Virus record (IMG/VR): IMGVR_UViG_2700988920_000001
Span: 13,838-77,837 of that record
Origin: a virus
Taxonomy: Duplodnaviria; Caudoviricetes
Reading direction: 5' to 3' (one strand)
Length of the DNA stretch: 64,000 bases
The notes under the pieces were generated by a model. That model had not been told where the DNA came from. It searched no databases and was given only the letters and a program-made list of their open reading frames with translations. Numbering within the stretch: the stretch's first letter is position 1; each line of letters begins with the position of its first letter. Both the position numbers and the translations under genes were made by a program. Below are positions 16,285 to 25,213 of the stretch, piece after piece.

Positions 16285-19200
16285 ATGTCTAAATTCAAAC
16301 CAGCAATATCACAACCGCTAGTTCACGTTGACCAGTGGGCTATCCTAGATTACCAAGCACTGCTAAAACACACGCACAACATGGGGCAAGACCCTGACTG
16401 TGTTTACGGCAGCGTAACAGGTAAAGAAATCAACTCGGCACAACACACAGTACGCGCTTTCCTTGATGCGTACATTCTGCCGATCCTAGACAACGGCTTC
16501 ACACCTCGCCAAATCCTAGTAGCTCACGACGACGGTCACGCTTACCGTTCTAAACTGCTTCCTGCGTACAAAGAGAAGCGTGATCAACGTAAGAACGACG
16601 AAACTGTCACTGACCCTGAGATTTTCCAAGAGCTGAACAAAGCTAGCGACTCAATCAAGCGCATCCTGGCTTACTTAGGTTGTACTCAGGCTCGTGTTAA
16701 AGGCGTTGAAGGTGACGACATCATCGCCCACTTCTGCAAGCTGCCAGGCCTTAAACAGGTATACACAGTGGACGCCGACTTACTTCGTCTAACCGCTGAA
16801 GACACGATGGTCATTCTCAAAAACAAACCTATCTTCCTACAAGATTTGGACGTTGAGAATCTGCCTAAGAACATGCACAAGTTCATCGAACCGTTCATGA
16901 AAGGCGACAACTGCAAAGTTAAAAACCCATTCAAGTACCTCACTTTGTATAAATCAATCGTTGGTGACTCATCTGACGAATACAAAGGCGTACCTCAGAT
17001 GGGCGACAAAGCTTGGGCTGACTTGGTTGAAACGTTCGATTTCGACGGTCTAGACGAGCTGATCAGCATTGTCGAAGACAAAGACTGGAAGAAGCTGGAC
17101 TCTTACGTGAAACATTACGAAGAGACCGCAAACGGTAGCAAAGCGCACAAGCTTCTTAAGAAATTGCACGACGAAGCAGGTCCATGGCGAACTTGCTGGA
17201 CTGTTGCTGAGCTTCACCCTGAGCTGTGTTACAAGCCATTCAATAAAAAGCTTACTCAGATCGACTGGTTCAAACGTGTTCCGAATCGAGCGCGCATCGT
17301 TAAGTTGCTTGAAGACAACTACTGCCCTGAGTTCTTAGAAGACCTAGAGCAGTTCTTACCTGTTGAGTGGCTAATCGACGCTTCTAACTTCGAAGAGTCT
17401 GATATTGACGAGTTCCGTGAAATCTGCGAACAGTCGCCACACATCAGCTTCGACTACGAAGGTGCAACTGATAACCAAGACTGGATCAACACACTTCTAA
17501 ACAGCACCAGCATGAAGTCGTATGTAGATGTTCTTGGCCAAGGCGTAACTGGCGTGTCGTTCAACTTCGGTAACAACTTGCAATACACTTGTTACTTGAC
17601 GATCGACCACAAGAACAGCCACAACCTGCCAATCAAAGTGGTTCGTAAGTTCTTTGAGGCTATCCCTAAAGATAAAATTCGCGTCGCGCACAACTCTCAG
17701 TTCGAAGAAGTTCTAACCTTCACCAACTTGGACGGATACGTGATGCCTATCGGCACTGTTCACGATACGGCGATCATGTCTACGTATGACGACGAGAACA
17801 AAGAATCTCACGGTCTGAAAGCGTTAAGTAAGACGCTTCTTGGCTACAACCAGGCTTCGTATGAAGACACCTTGGCACAGGCTGGCGCTACTAACATGCG
17901 CGAACTGACTGCATGCCAGGTGCTTAAATACGGCCTTGACGACTCGACGGTAACAGGTCACTTATACGATTTGTTCCGTATCAGTCTGTACCTTCAAGAT
18001 ATGATGGACTTCTACGTATCTAACGAGCCTTACGTAAACCACCGTCTAGCGATGTCGTTTATCCAAGGTACTGACATCGACTGGGAACGTCAGAAAGAAA
18101 TTCAGGAAGAAGACGAACGCGATATCGAAGAGTCTATGTCTGAGCTTCGTGAGATTCTCGAAGAGCACTGTAGCAATGTAAACCGAGAAGCAGCAGAAGC
18201 GTTTTTCAACGAAGAGAAGAAGTTCCTTGAAGCGTCTGCACGAGACAAGTACGGCAAGATGGATCGCGCTAAAGTTATCTCTCGCGCCGATGCCGTAGCG
18301 TCAGAAATCGAAAAGATGGACATCGCTGACGACACTTACATGGACATCGCTAACTCGATTCGCGCCAAAGTCCCTCAAGCCAAGAGCAAGAAAGACAAAG
18401 AAGCGCGTGAAGAAGAGATTAAAAACCTCGATCACAAAGTCCTTATCGCATGGATTGTTAAGTTTGACCTACATAAAGCGCTGAACAAGAACATTGAAGA
18501 CTCTGTCTACGTCAAGTACGTCAAGACAGTGCACTCAGCAGAGTTCGCTCCTTCAGTGAAAAACCTAGACACGGTGGCTGAGAAACTTGGTCTTCCTCTT
18601 CCTGGCACAGCGGCGAAAGGCAAACTTGAAGCGTGGGAAGCGTCTGTGCGTGAAATCGACTTTGAAGCCGAGATCGACAAGTATGACGAGTTCAATGACG
18701 ATCAGAAGAAGTTCATCGACTTGCTGGCTAAAGCGCGTAATCACTTCAAACCTGATCAGCGCGGTCACGAAGACTACCAAGCGTTCCAGTCTTTCTGCTG
18801 CAACTTGTTAGGCATTGAAGGCAAAGTGTCTTACTCCGGCACTGAACTGAACTTAGGTTCGCCAAACCAGATGAAAGGTTTGCTGTACTGCATGCTAGGC
18901 CTTCCAGTTCGACTACGAGGCAAACCTAGCCCTGGCCGTACAAGCTTAGGGTTCTGGGAAGGTTCACCTGCTACCGACGCTCTGGCGCAGGATACGGCGC
19001 TTGCTGAAGACATCACAGTCAATCCAGAACGTCACTGGCAAGAGCGCGTAATCAACCTTATTAAGAAGGTGACCGAATGTAATACTCGCATGAGTTTGTA
19101 CCACAATAGCTACCCTTACTTGGCGCACCCTCGTGATGGTAAATTGCACCCTAACGTTCGTAACTGTGGCACTGTAACTCGACGCCCAACTGGCTCGCAG

Positions 19201-20253
19201 CCAAACATTCTTCAAGTTTCTAAACACCAGAAGAAAGGCGCGATGCGTGGTATCTACATTCCGCCTCGCGGTTACTGTGTAGTCCCTATCGACTTTGCAG
19301 GCCAAGAGCTTCGTATTCAGGCGTCAGAGACGAAGGATAAAAACCTATTGCAGGTTTATCTAGGTGAAGAGCTTGCAGGTCAGTACCTGCGTGGTGAAGT
19401 GTTAGACATTACGTACGACATGGTAAAAGACAAGAAGGACTTGAAAGACCTGCACAGCATGACTGCTTCAGGTATCACAGAGCACTTCGGTCTTGATGAA
19501 GCGGGTAAACTTGTACCTGGTGGTCAGCACATTAAATGGACTCCGCCTACGTACGAAGAATATGTTGAAGCGCATAAGAACGAAGACCACGAGTACCATG
19601 ATCTAGCGTCTAAGGTACGTAAACGACCAGCTAAGCAAACTAACTTCTTGCTTTCTTACGGCGGTACGTCTCAGACTCTATCGCACCGTCTGATCATCCC
19701 GGAATCAGTGGCGCAAAGTATCATGGACTCAACGTTAACGCTGTATGCTGGCATTCCAGTAGCTCAGGACGAAACGCTACACTATGCACGTATGAACGGC
19801 TTCGTTACTACGGCTTATGGTAACCGCCGTCATGCTACAGACGAGATTTTCAGTAAGTCTAAAGGTCCGGTTAACCGTCAGGTTCGTCAGCTATACAACT
19901 ACCGAATCCAGGGCTGTGCGGCGGATATCCTTAAAGTGGTGCTGGCTAACTGCGAGAAGCAAGACCTGTGGGACAAATACAATGCAATCATGGTTGCTCC
20001 TGTATATGATGAAGTTGTTGCTTACGTTCCTTTCGAACACGCTTGGGACTTTGTTCAGGACATGCGCTCTATCATGAACTTAACACCTCCTGGTCATGCG
20101 GTTCCGATGGTAGCCGACGTGAGTGTAGGCCCTAACTGGCAAGTGCAGTACGAACTCGGCCACCAACCGACTAAAGAAGAGTTCGACAAGTGCATGAATG
20201 AAAATGTAATCCCAGAAGCTGAAGCTATTTGGGACCGTATCGAAGCTGCTTAA
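16285..20253 (+). CDS. polA: Family A DNA polymerase with 5'-3' and 3'-5' exonuclease domains
   Basis: 5'-exo: AYKEKR, EGDDII, GDSSDEYKGV; 3'-exo: FDYE, AHNSQFE, YGLDD; pol: DFAGQELR, AKQTNFLLSYG, IQGCAADILK, VYDE. Confidence 0.95.
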   Translation: MSKFKPAISQPLVHVDQWAILDYQALLKHTHNMGQDPDCVYGSVTGKEINSAQHTVRAFLDAYILPILDNGFTPRQILVAHDDGHAYRSKLLPAYKEKRDQRKNDETVTDPEIFQELNKASDSIKRILAYLGCTQARVKGVEGDDIIAHFCKLPGLKQVYTVDADLLRLTAEDTMVILKNKPIFLQDLDVENLPKNMHKFIEPFMKGDNCKVKNPFKYLTLYKSIVGDSSDEYKGVPQMGDKAWADLVETFDFDGLDELISIVEDKDWKKLDSYVKHYEETANGSKAHKLLKKLHDEAGPWRTCWTVAELHPELCYKPFNKKLTQIDWFKRVPNRARIVKLLEDNYCPEFLEDLEQFLPVEWLIDASNFEESDIDEFREICEQSPHISFDYEGATDNQDWINTLLNSTSMKSYVDVLGQGVTGVSFNFGNNLQYTCYLTIDHKNSHNLPIKVVRKFFEAIPKDKIRVAHNSQFEEVLTFTNLDGYVMPIGTVHDTAIMSTYDDENKESHGLKALSKTLLGYNQASYEDTLAQAGATNMRELTACQVLKYGLDDSTVTGHLYDLFRISLYLQDMMDFYVSNEPYVNHRLAMSFIQGTDIDWERQKEIQEEDERDIEESMSELREILEEHCSNVNREAAEAFFNEEKKFLEASARDKYGKMDRAKVISRADAVASEIEKMDIADDTYMDIANSIRAKVPQAKSKKDKEAREEEIKNLDHKVLIAWIVKFDLHKALNKNIEDSVYVKYVKTVHSAEFAPSVKNLDTVAEKLGLPLPGTAAKGKLEAWEASVREIDFEAEIDKYDEFNDDQKKFIDLLAKARNHFKPDQRGHEDYQAFQSFCCNLLGIEGKVSYSGTELNLGSPNQMKGLLYCMLGLPVRLRGKPSPGRTSLGFWEGSPATDALAQDTALAEDITVNPERHWQERVINLIKKVTECNTRMSLYHNSYPYLAHPRDGKLHPNVRNCGTVTRRPTGSQPNILQVSKHQKKGAMRGIYIPPRGYCVVPIDFAGQELRIQASETKDKNLLQVYLGEELAGQYLRGEVLDITYDMVKDKKDLKDLHSMTASGITEHFGLDEAGKLVPGGQHIKWTPPTYEEYVEAHKNEDHEYHDLASKVRKRPAKQTNFLLSYGGTSQTLSHRLIIPESVAQSIMDSTLTLYAGIPVAQDETLHYARMNGFVTTAYGNRRHATDEIFSKSKGPVNRQVRQLYNYRIQGCAADILKVVLANCEKQDLWDKYNAIMVAPVYDEVVAYVPFEHAWDFVQDMRSIMNLTPPGHAVPMVADVSVGPNWQVQYELGHQPTKEEFDKCMNENVIPEAEAIWDRIEAA

Positions 20254-20266
20254 TTGGAGAAATAAA

Positions 20267-20449
20267 ATGGCAGGACATACAGTACACGTAGTCAATAACG
20301 AAGACGGTAAAGTGGTAGAGACGTACCCAAATGCTAAGATTGAAATCACGCAGGGTATGCTTTACGTGAAGAGTGCGGCAGATGATGCTATTCTGTGGTT
20401 CTCTAACACGGCCACACACTCAGCTAAAGTAGACAGCTCTGCAAGCTGA
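20267..20449 (+). CDS. Hypothetical protein
   Basis: GGAG RBS, 60 aa. Confidence 0.7.
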   Translation: MAGHTVHVVNNEDGKVVETYPNAKIEITQGMLYVKSAADDAILWFSNTATHSAKVDSSAS

Positions 20450-20466
20450 TAAAATTCAACCTAACT

Positions 20467-20494
20467 AAGGCGGCCAATTGGCCGCCTTTCTTTT
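20467..20494 (+). terminator. Intrinsic terminator
   Basis: AAGGCGGCC-aatt-GGCCGCCTT plus T-run. Confidence 0.8.
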
Positions 20495-20509
20495 ATCTGA
20501 GAGAAAATT

Positions 20510-21043
20510 ATGCGAGTTATCCTAGAATCCCCGTTCAAATCAAACGATCCTAAGCTCTTCTTTGAGAACATGCTCTACGTTAACATGGTCGCCAGACACC
20601 TGACGATTGAGGAGGGTATGTGCCCTTTGTTCTTCCACACGTTCTACACGCAGTTCCTGGATGACAGTAACGACAACGAACGTGCGTTAGGGCTAGACGC
20701 CAGCTTCCACCACCATGACCGTATAGACACGCGCATAATCGCCATAGACAGAGGCCTAAGCCTAGGTATGAAGTTGGGTACTGAATATGGCTTAGAGATT
20801 GGCTGCATGCCTGTTCTGTTCTCTTTAAGTGAGTCTGAATCGATTCAGAGTTGGGTAAGGGACATCAACGAGAATCCGTGTCCGATCAGAAGATGGAAGC
20901 AGATAGAAGCGTTTTGCGAAGAGCTGAAGCCTGTCGATGACATTGGCAACTACACCGACTACGCGGCTTCTAATCTGGAACTTAGAGAGGAAGTTTGCGA
21001 CATACTAAAGCGGACATTTGCACCGCTAAACGAGCACTTATAG
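20510..21043 (+). CDS. Phage protein, possible nucleoside deoxyribosyltransferase-like fold
   Basis: RVILESPF...YTQFLDD...ER.LGL...DRGLSLGM pattern. Confidence 0.6.
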   Translation: MRVILESPFKSNDPKLFFENMLYVNMVARHLTIEEGMCPLFFHTFYTQFLDDSNDNERALGLDASFHHHDRIDTRIIAIDRGLSLGMKLGTEYGLEIGCMPVLFSLSESESIQSWVRDINENPCPIRRWKQIEAFCEELKPVDDIGNYTDYAASNLELREEVCDILKRTFAPLNEHL

Positions 21044-21051
21044 CAGTACAG

Positions 21052-21079
21052 AAGGCGGCCGATTGGTCGCCTTTCGTTT
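21052..21079 (+). terminator. Intrinsic terminator
   Basis: AAGGCGGCC-gatt-GGTCGCCTT. Confidence 0.75.
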
Positions 21080-21109
21080 ATTTATGTTTGAAGTCAGTCA
21101 AACTCCATC

Positions 21110-21430
21110 TACTTTGCGTTTGCAGGTTATGATCGTGGGAAAATAGAGAGCGAGTTATGTATTTACTTGGTCTGTTGTATGATCATACAAGAATCATTAC
21201 TATATTATTATTATTTTATCATCTAAATATATATATATATAAATATACAAAGGACTCTCGCAGCCTAGCTATAGCTAGAAACCACTTCCCAAAAACAAAA
21301 ATAATCGAAATGCAAAAATATTTTTCGGGAAATACAGTGTCGCTCCGAAAATGACTTTTACTGGCGAAGGGCAAAACGGCCTTCGCCAAAAACCCAAAAA
21401 CCCGAAAATCTAGGCACACTATTTTCGTGC
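21110..21430. other. AT-rich non-coding element A (candidate replication origin)
   Basis: (AT)n tract, two hairpins, homologous to 57925-58250. Confidence 0.55.
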
Positions 21431-21475
21431 TGGTTTATTTTCGTTTCTGTTCATTAACATCATTTAGAGGCAATC

Positions 21476-21970
21476 ATGGCTAAGAAACAAGATGGTCGCG
21501 TAGGCTACGAATTTGAAGACAAATTGAAGAGCGTTTTCGGTGAGATCAAAAAGAAACGCCCGTTTGATTTTCATCGTTTTCTTGATACCAAAGCCGCCGG
21601 GCGTGTCGTCGCTGCTCAGTTGGCGGATTACATGATCTCTTTCAAGGATGACAAATCATGCAATCATGTTATCATTGTAGAAGCTAAGGCGAGTGAAGAA
21701 CACGAGTCTCTACGAAGCTGCGCATCTGGACATATCCTACCGCAACAAATCGGCAAGCATAAATCTTGGTTGCGTAGTGGCGGCTCGGGTCTTTTCCTGT
21801 TCTATTGTGAGATGACTGGCGAAGTCGAAGTGTGGGACTCGAAAGATATTGTAGAAGCTCGCTCGGCTGGCAAACCTCTAGACCTAAAGAAACGTCTTGC
21901 TGTAATGGACTACTTAGATCTAGAGAATGAACTTATCAACTTTTTACATGTAGGAGTTAAGCATGTCTAA
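21476..21970 (+). CDS. PD-(D/E)xK nuclease, Holliday-junction resolvase-like
   Basis: GYEFE, ADY, VEAK motifs; replication context. Confidence 0.75.
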   Translation: MAKKQDGRVGYEFEDKLKSVFGEIKKKRPFDFHRFLDTKAAGRVVAAQLADYMISFKDDKSCNHVIIVEAKASEEHESLRSCASGHILPQQIGKHKSWLRSGGSGLFLFYCEMTGEVEVWDSKDIVEARSAGKPLDLKKRLAVMDYLDLENELINFLHVGVKHV

Positions 21971-22133
21971 TATGTACAGTGATCGAGAGCCTGAAAAGTT
22001 TAAACAAGGTTACGAATATGGGGAGAGAATGAACCTGAACAACAAAATAGTTCCTCCAAAAGGACTAACAGAAAAAGAAGAATCAGATTGGCAACGTGGA
22101 GTTACTGCTGCCATCTGTGATCGAATGAGCTAA
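21963..22133 (+). CDS. 56-aa Rmf-like protein (not in ORF track)
   Basis: MSNMYSDREPEKFKQGYEYG...PP...EESDWQRGVTAAICDRMS; AGGAG RBS; fills the gap between genes. Confidence 0.6.
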   Translation: MSNMYSDREPEKFKQGYEYGERMNLNNKIVPPKGLTEKEESDWQRGVTAAICDRMS

Positions 22134-22149
22134 CCAATAAGGGAACACC

Positions 22150-23208
22150 ATGCTTAACCTATTTACCGATCCGCACCTAGGGTTGTCAGCACGTACCAAC
22201 ACGTCAGCCAGCTCAACTAAGCTACTCGATTCGAAGATTAGCCGAATTGCTGTAGGCATTACTCAGAAGTATCTAAACCTGATTTGTGCAGGCGACTTGT
22301 TCCACCGCAGCCACAACCGCGAAGACGTGATCGCTGACGGAATCAAAGTCGCGCAAGGCTGTGACATCGTTATCGGCGGCAACCACGACAACACGAGCCG
22401 TACGGACGACAAGTCATCACTTGATATCGTGGCTAAGGTTGCTGACTCAGTCCTTATGACTGCAGTCGGCCAGGTTGAAGTTCACGCAGGTCTGCAGTTT
22501 GACTCGGGCGAGATTGTGACAATTGTCCCTCACCACTCAAACCAAGAACTGTTTGACCAAGCGATTGAAGAGGCTTGCAAGTCAAAAGGTGACTTAGTCA
22601 TTCTGCACTGCAACTTCAATAACCCGTTTGTAGACGGCATCGACACAGCGCTTAACCTGACTCCTGCACAAGCTGAACAACTGCTTAAGTCATACAGCTT
22701 CGTCGTCATTGGTCACGAGCATAATACGCGTTGGGAAATGAACAACCGTCTACTAGCTTTGGGTAACACTCACCCGACAGGCTTCAGCGACATCTCTAAC
22801 AAATACGTTTGGCACTTTGACAAGACTAAAGAAAATCCTTGGTCTAAGACCAAAATTTGGGATAAGTCGACAGGCTTTATGTGTCTGACCGCTTCTGACA
22901 TCTTCGACCTACCAGAGTCAGAGTTTCTAATCGAAGACGGTGCCACACCACCTAGCTTCGTTGACATCGTCGGCGACTTGCCAGCAGAAGACATGCCTGC
23001 ACTCGCTCACCGTATCGGTCTGATTTGGAAGCACTGGAATCCGTTCATGGTGCGCAACCAGGTTAACGCGGTAACAGAGAAAACTGAGTCTCTGATGGAA
23101 GAAGGTTACAAGATCGAAGACTTCAGCTCTAAGATCATGGACGGCCTGCAAGAGTCGCCTGAGTTGTTGGTGAAGTTTAAATCTGAACTTGAGAAGGTTG
23201 GAGAGTGA
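22150..23208 (+). CDS. SbcD/Mre11-like metallophosphoesterase nuclease
   Basis: DPHLG, GDLFH, GNHD, GHEH. Confidence 0.9.
   Translation: MLNLFTDPHLGLSARTNTSASSTKLLDSKISRIAVGITQKYLNLICAGDLFHRSHNREDVIADGIKVAQGCDIVIGGNHDNTSRTDDKSSLDIVAKVADSVLMTAVGQVEVHAGLQFDSGEIVTIVPHHSNQELFDQAIEEACKSKGDLVILHCNFNNPFVDGIDTALNLTPAQAEQLLKSYSFVVIGHEHNTRWEMNNRLLALGNTHPTGFSDISNKYVWHFDKTKENPWSKTKIWDKSTGFMCLTASDIFDLPESEFLIEDGATPPSFVDIVGDLPAEDMPALAHRIGLIWKHWNPFMVRNQVNAVTEKTESLMEEGYKIEDFSSKIMDGLQESPELLVKFKSELEKVGE
22839..22853. repeat. 15-bp palindrome copy 6 (intragenic)
   Basis: TTGGTCTAAGACCAA inside the SbcD-like gene. Confidence 0.95.
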
Positions 23209-23969
23209 TGAAATATATGGGAAGCAAGGCGAGAATAGCAAAGGACATCTTACCGATAATCCTTGAGGGAAGAAAGCCGGGTCAATATTACGTTGAACCA
23301 TTCGGAGGTGGCGCGAACTCGATATGTGAAGTTGACAATCCTAGAATTTATAACGACGTAAATGACCTTATTGTTGCATGTCTAAAAGAGGTTTCTAATG
23401 GGTGGATTCCTCCTGTTGACATAGATAGAGATTTTTACTCCGAGTGCCGTGACAAGTTTAAAACTGGCATTTATTCAGAAGAAGAAGAGCACGTTATAGG
23501 CTACGTAGGCATTAACGGATCTTATGGTGGCAGATGGTTCGATGGGGGGTATGCCGGAATAACTACAACGAGAGAGGGTAAAATAAGAAACTACCCAGAA
23601 GAGGCGTGGAGAAACGTCATGGCGCAAGCCCCCAAGCTTGCTGGTGTAGAATTCCACAGTGGTTGCTACCTAACTCTGGAAATTCCAGCAAAATCGATAA
23701 TTTATTGCGATCCACCATACAAGGGAACTAAGGAGTATAAATTTGCGGTAAACTCAGGATTTAATTCTGATGAATTTTGGCAGTGGTGTCGAGATATGAC
23801 TAAAGTAGGCCACTCTGTTTTTGTTAGTGAGTACGAAGCCCCAGAAGATTTTGTTTGCGTGTGGGAGAAAGGGTTAAGTAGCAGTCTTAGAGCTAACGGC
23901 GTGATAAAGGGAGACAAGAAGTCATTAGAGAGACTGTTTATTTACCAGCCTAAAGGGGTAGAAGAGTGA
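23205..23969 (+). CDS. Dam-like (D12 class) adenine methyltransferase
   Basis: KYMGSK, YVEPFGGG, YCDPPY, VFVSEY. Confidence 0.92.
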   Translation: MMKYMGSKARIAKDILPIILEGRKPGQYYVEPFGGGANSICEVDNPRIYNDVNDLIVACLKEVSNGWIPPVDIDRDFYSECRDKFKTGIYSEEEEHVIGYVGINGSYGGRWFDGGYAGITTTREGKIRNYPEEAWRNVMAQAPKLAGVEFHSGCYLTLEIPAKSIIYCDPPYKGTKEYKFAVNSGFNSDEFWQWCRDMTKVGHSVFVSEYEAPEDFVCVWEKGLSSSLRANGVIKGDKKSLERLFIYQPKGVEE

Positions 23970-24232
23970 TGGAAAAGAAAACAATCGTATCAGCTACTTG
24001 CCCTAGACTTGGCGAACGCTTCAACGGTCTGACAAAAGGGTTCAAAGGCTACAAAGACGGTCACCACATTTCTACTAACATCGTTATTGAGATGGACATT
24101 CTTGAGCGCTGGGTTAAGACCAAGACTGGCAGTAAGTATTACTACGAGCGATGGGACCCGAGAAATCATGAGTTTCTTGGCGATGATGAGTTCTGCGCTT
24201 TCTGTGGTAAAGACAAAGAATCTCATTCATAG
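23966..24232 (+). CDS. Hypothetical protein
   Basis: Coupled ORF; DGHHISTN...KTKTGSKY; C-terminal CAFC. Confidence 0.7.
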   Translation: MMEKKTIVSATCPRLGERFNGLTKGFKGYKDGHHISTNIVIEMDILERWVKTKTGSKYYYERWDPRNHEFLGDDEFCAFCGKDKESHS

Positions 24233-24239
24233 GTAAACT

Positions 24240-24404
24240 ATGGAAAAGCCAAAAATAACCGCTAGTGAGGCCAAGAGAAACAGAATACTCGCAGAGACAA
24301 AGCGACTTACTGGACTAGGCCTCACTGCAGATCAAATAGCGCGTGAGTTAGGGGTTAAACGAAATCTCATCTTGCGTCTTAAAGACTTAACCAATAAGGA
24401 CTGA
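24240..24404 (+). CDS. 54-aa helix-turn-helix protein (not in ORF track)
   Basis: GLTADQIARELGVKRNLILRL; fills the gap between genes. Confidence 0.7.
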   Translation: MEKPKITASEAKRNRILAETKRLTGLGLTADQIARELGVKRNLILRLKDLTNKD

Positions 24405-24406
24405 TC

Positions 24407-24865
24407 ATGAAATACCTAGCAAACGGCGTATACAAAGTTAAAGTTACTGACGAAGACGGCGACGTAACTGAAATGTTGTCTGAGCTTTCAGACGGCTGTT
24501 GGTATGTTTTCGGTAATGACGTAGGCATAGACGAGGAAAACGTGCAAGTCATTTGCCGTATCCACTGGGAAACACCAGAAGACAGTTTCTGTATCACCCC
24601 TGAACACCCTCGCGCGCAATTCATTGTTGCAGAGATAGACGGCAAAGAAGACCTGCCATACGCTAAAAACCTGTCTCATATTAATCTAGCTACTCATGAG
24701 ATATCAGTTTGGTGTGAGAACGGACACCTGACCTACGAAGACAAGGACGGCAACAAAGAAGAACACTTAGGCGTAGAACACGTCACGTTTTCCCCTAAAC
24801 AGTTCAAGGCGTATGATCGTGATACTGGAATCATCTACGCGGAGTGGAATCACTATGAAGCCTGA
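24407..24865 (+). CDS. Hypothetical protein
   Basis: TAAGGACT RBS, 152 aa. Confidence 0.75.
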   Translation: MKYLANGVYKVKVTDEDGDVTEMLSELSDGCWYVFGNDVGIDEENVQVICRIHWETPEDSFCITPEHPRAQFIVAEIDGKEDLPYAKNLSHINLATHEISVWCENGHLTYEDKDGNKEEHLGVEHVTFSPKQFKAYDRDTGIIYAEWNHYEA

Positions 24866-24989
24866 AACTTATCTAACCATCGCAGCGGTAGCGACAATAT
24901 CCGCAATCTTATTCTTTGTAGCCAAAGAGTACGCTGACTGTTCAGGTCAGCTTGTTCGCTCAGCACTTTGGTTCACTTGCATCTTGTGA
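24855..24989 (+). CDS. 44-aa membrane protein (not in ORF track)
   Basis: MKPETYLTIAAVATISAILFFVAKEYADCSGQLVRSALWFTCIL; GGAG RBS. Confidence 0.55.
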   Translation: MKPETYLTIAAVATISAILFFVAKEYADCSGQLVRSALWFTCIL

Positions 24990-24995
24990 GGACTT

Positions 24996-25211
24996 ATGAA
25001 AGTTAAACTAATGGCCGCGTGTAATCACGCGGCAGTTATCTATCTGCTACTTCCTTTTATGATTAGCTGTGCGTCTGCGTTGTTATGTGTGTTTGTGTCA
25101 GAAAAGCTACCATACATAGATATGATCGAAGCTATCCTGGTTGTGGCAGTTATCCGTTTCTCTAAATTAGAGTTAGAGATTAGAAAATTATTGGAAACCA
25201 ACGAGGACTAA
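24996..25211 (+). CDS. Small two-TM membrane protein
   Basis: Two hydrophobic segments; GAGGAC RBS. Confidence 0.65.
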   Translation: MKVKLMAACNHAAVIYLLLPFMISCASALLCVFVSEKLPYIDMIEAILVVAVIRFSKLELEIRKLLETNED

Positions 25212-25213
25212 CC

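Noticed and set aside
18170-18835. Intein in the DNA polymerase
   Set aside because: No C-terminal His-Asn splice junction or LAGLIDADG motifs
21157-21419. ORFs of 65/66 aa here and 95/109 aa at 57848-58254
   Set aside because: Translate (AT)n tracts (IYIY), lack RBSs and lie in the non-coding elements
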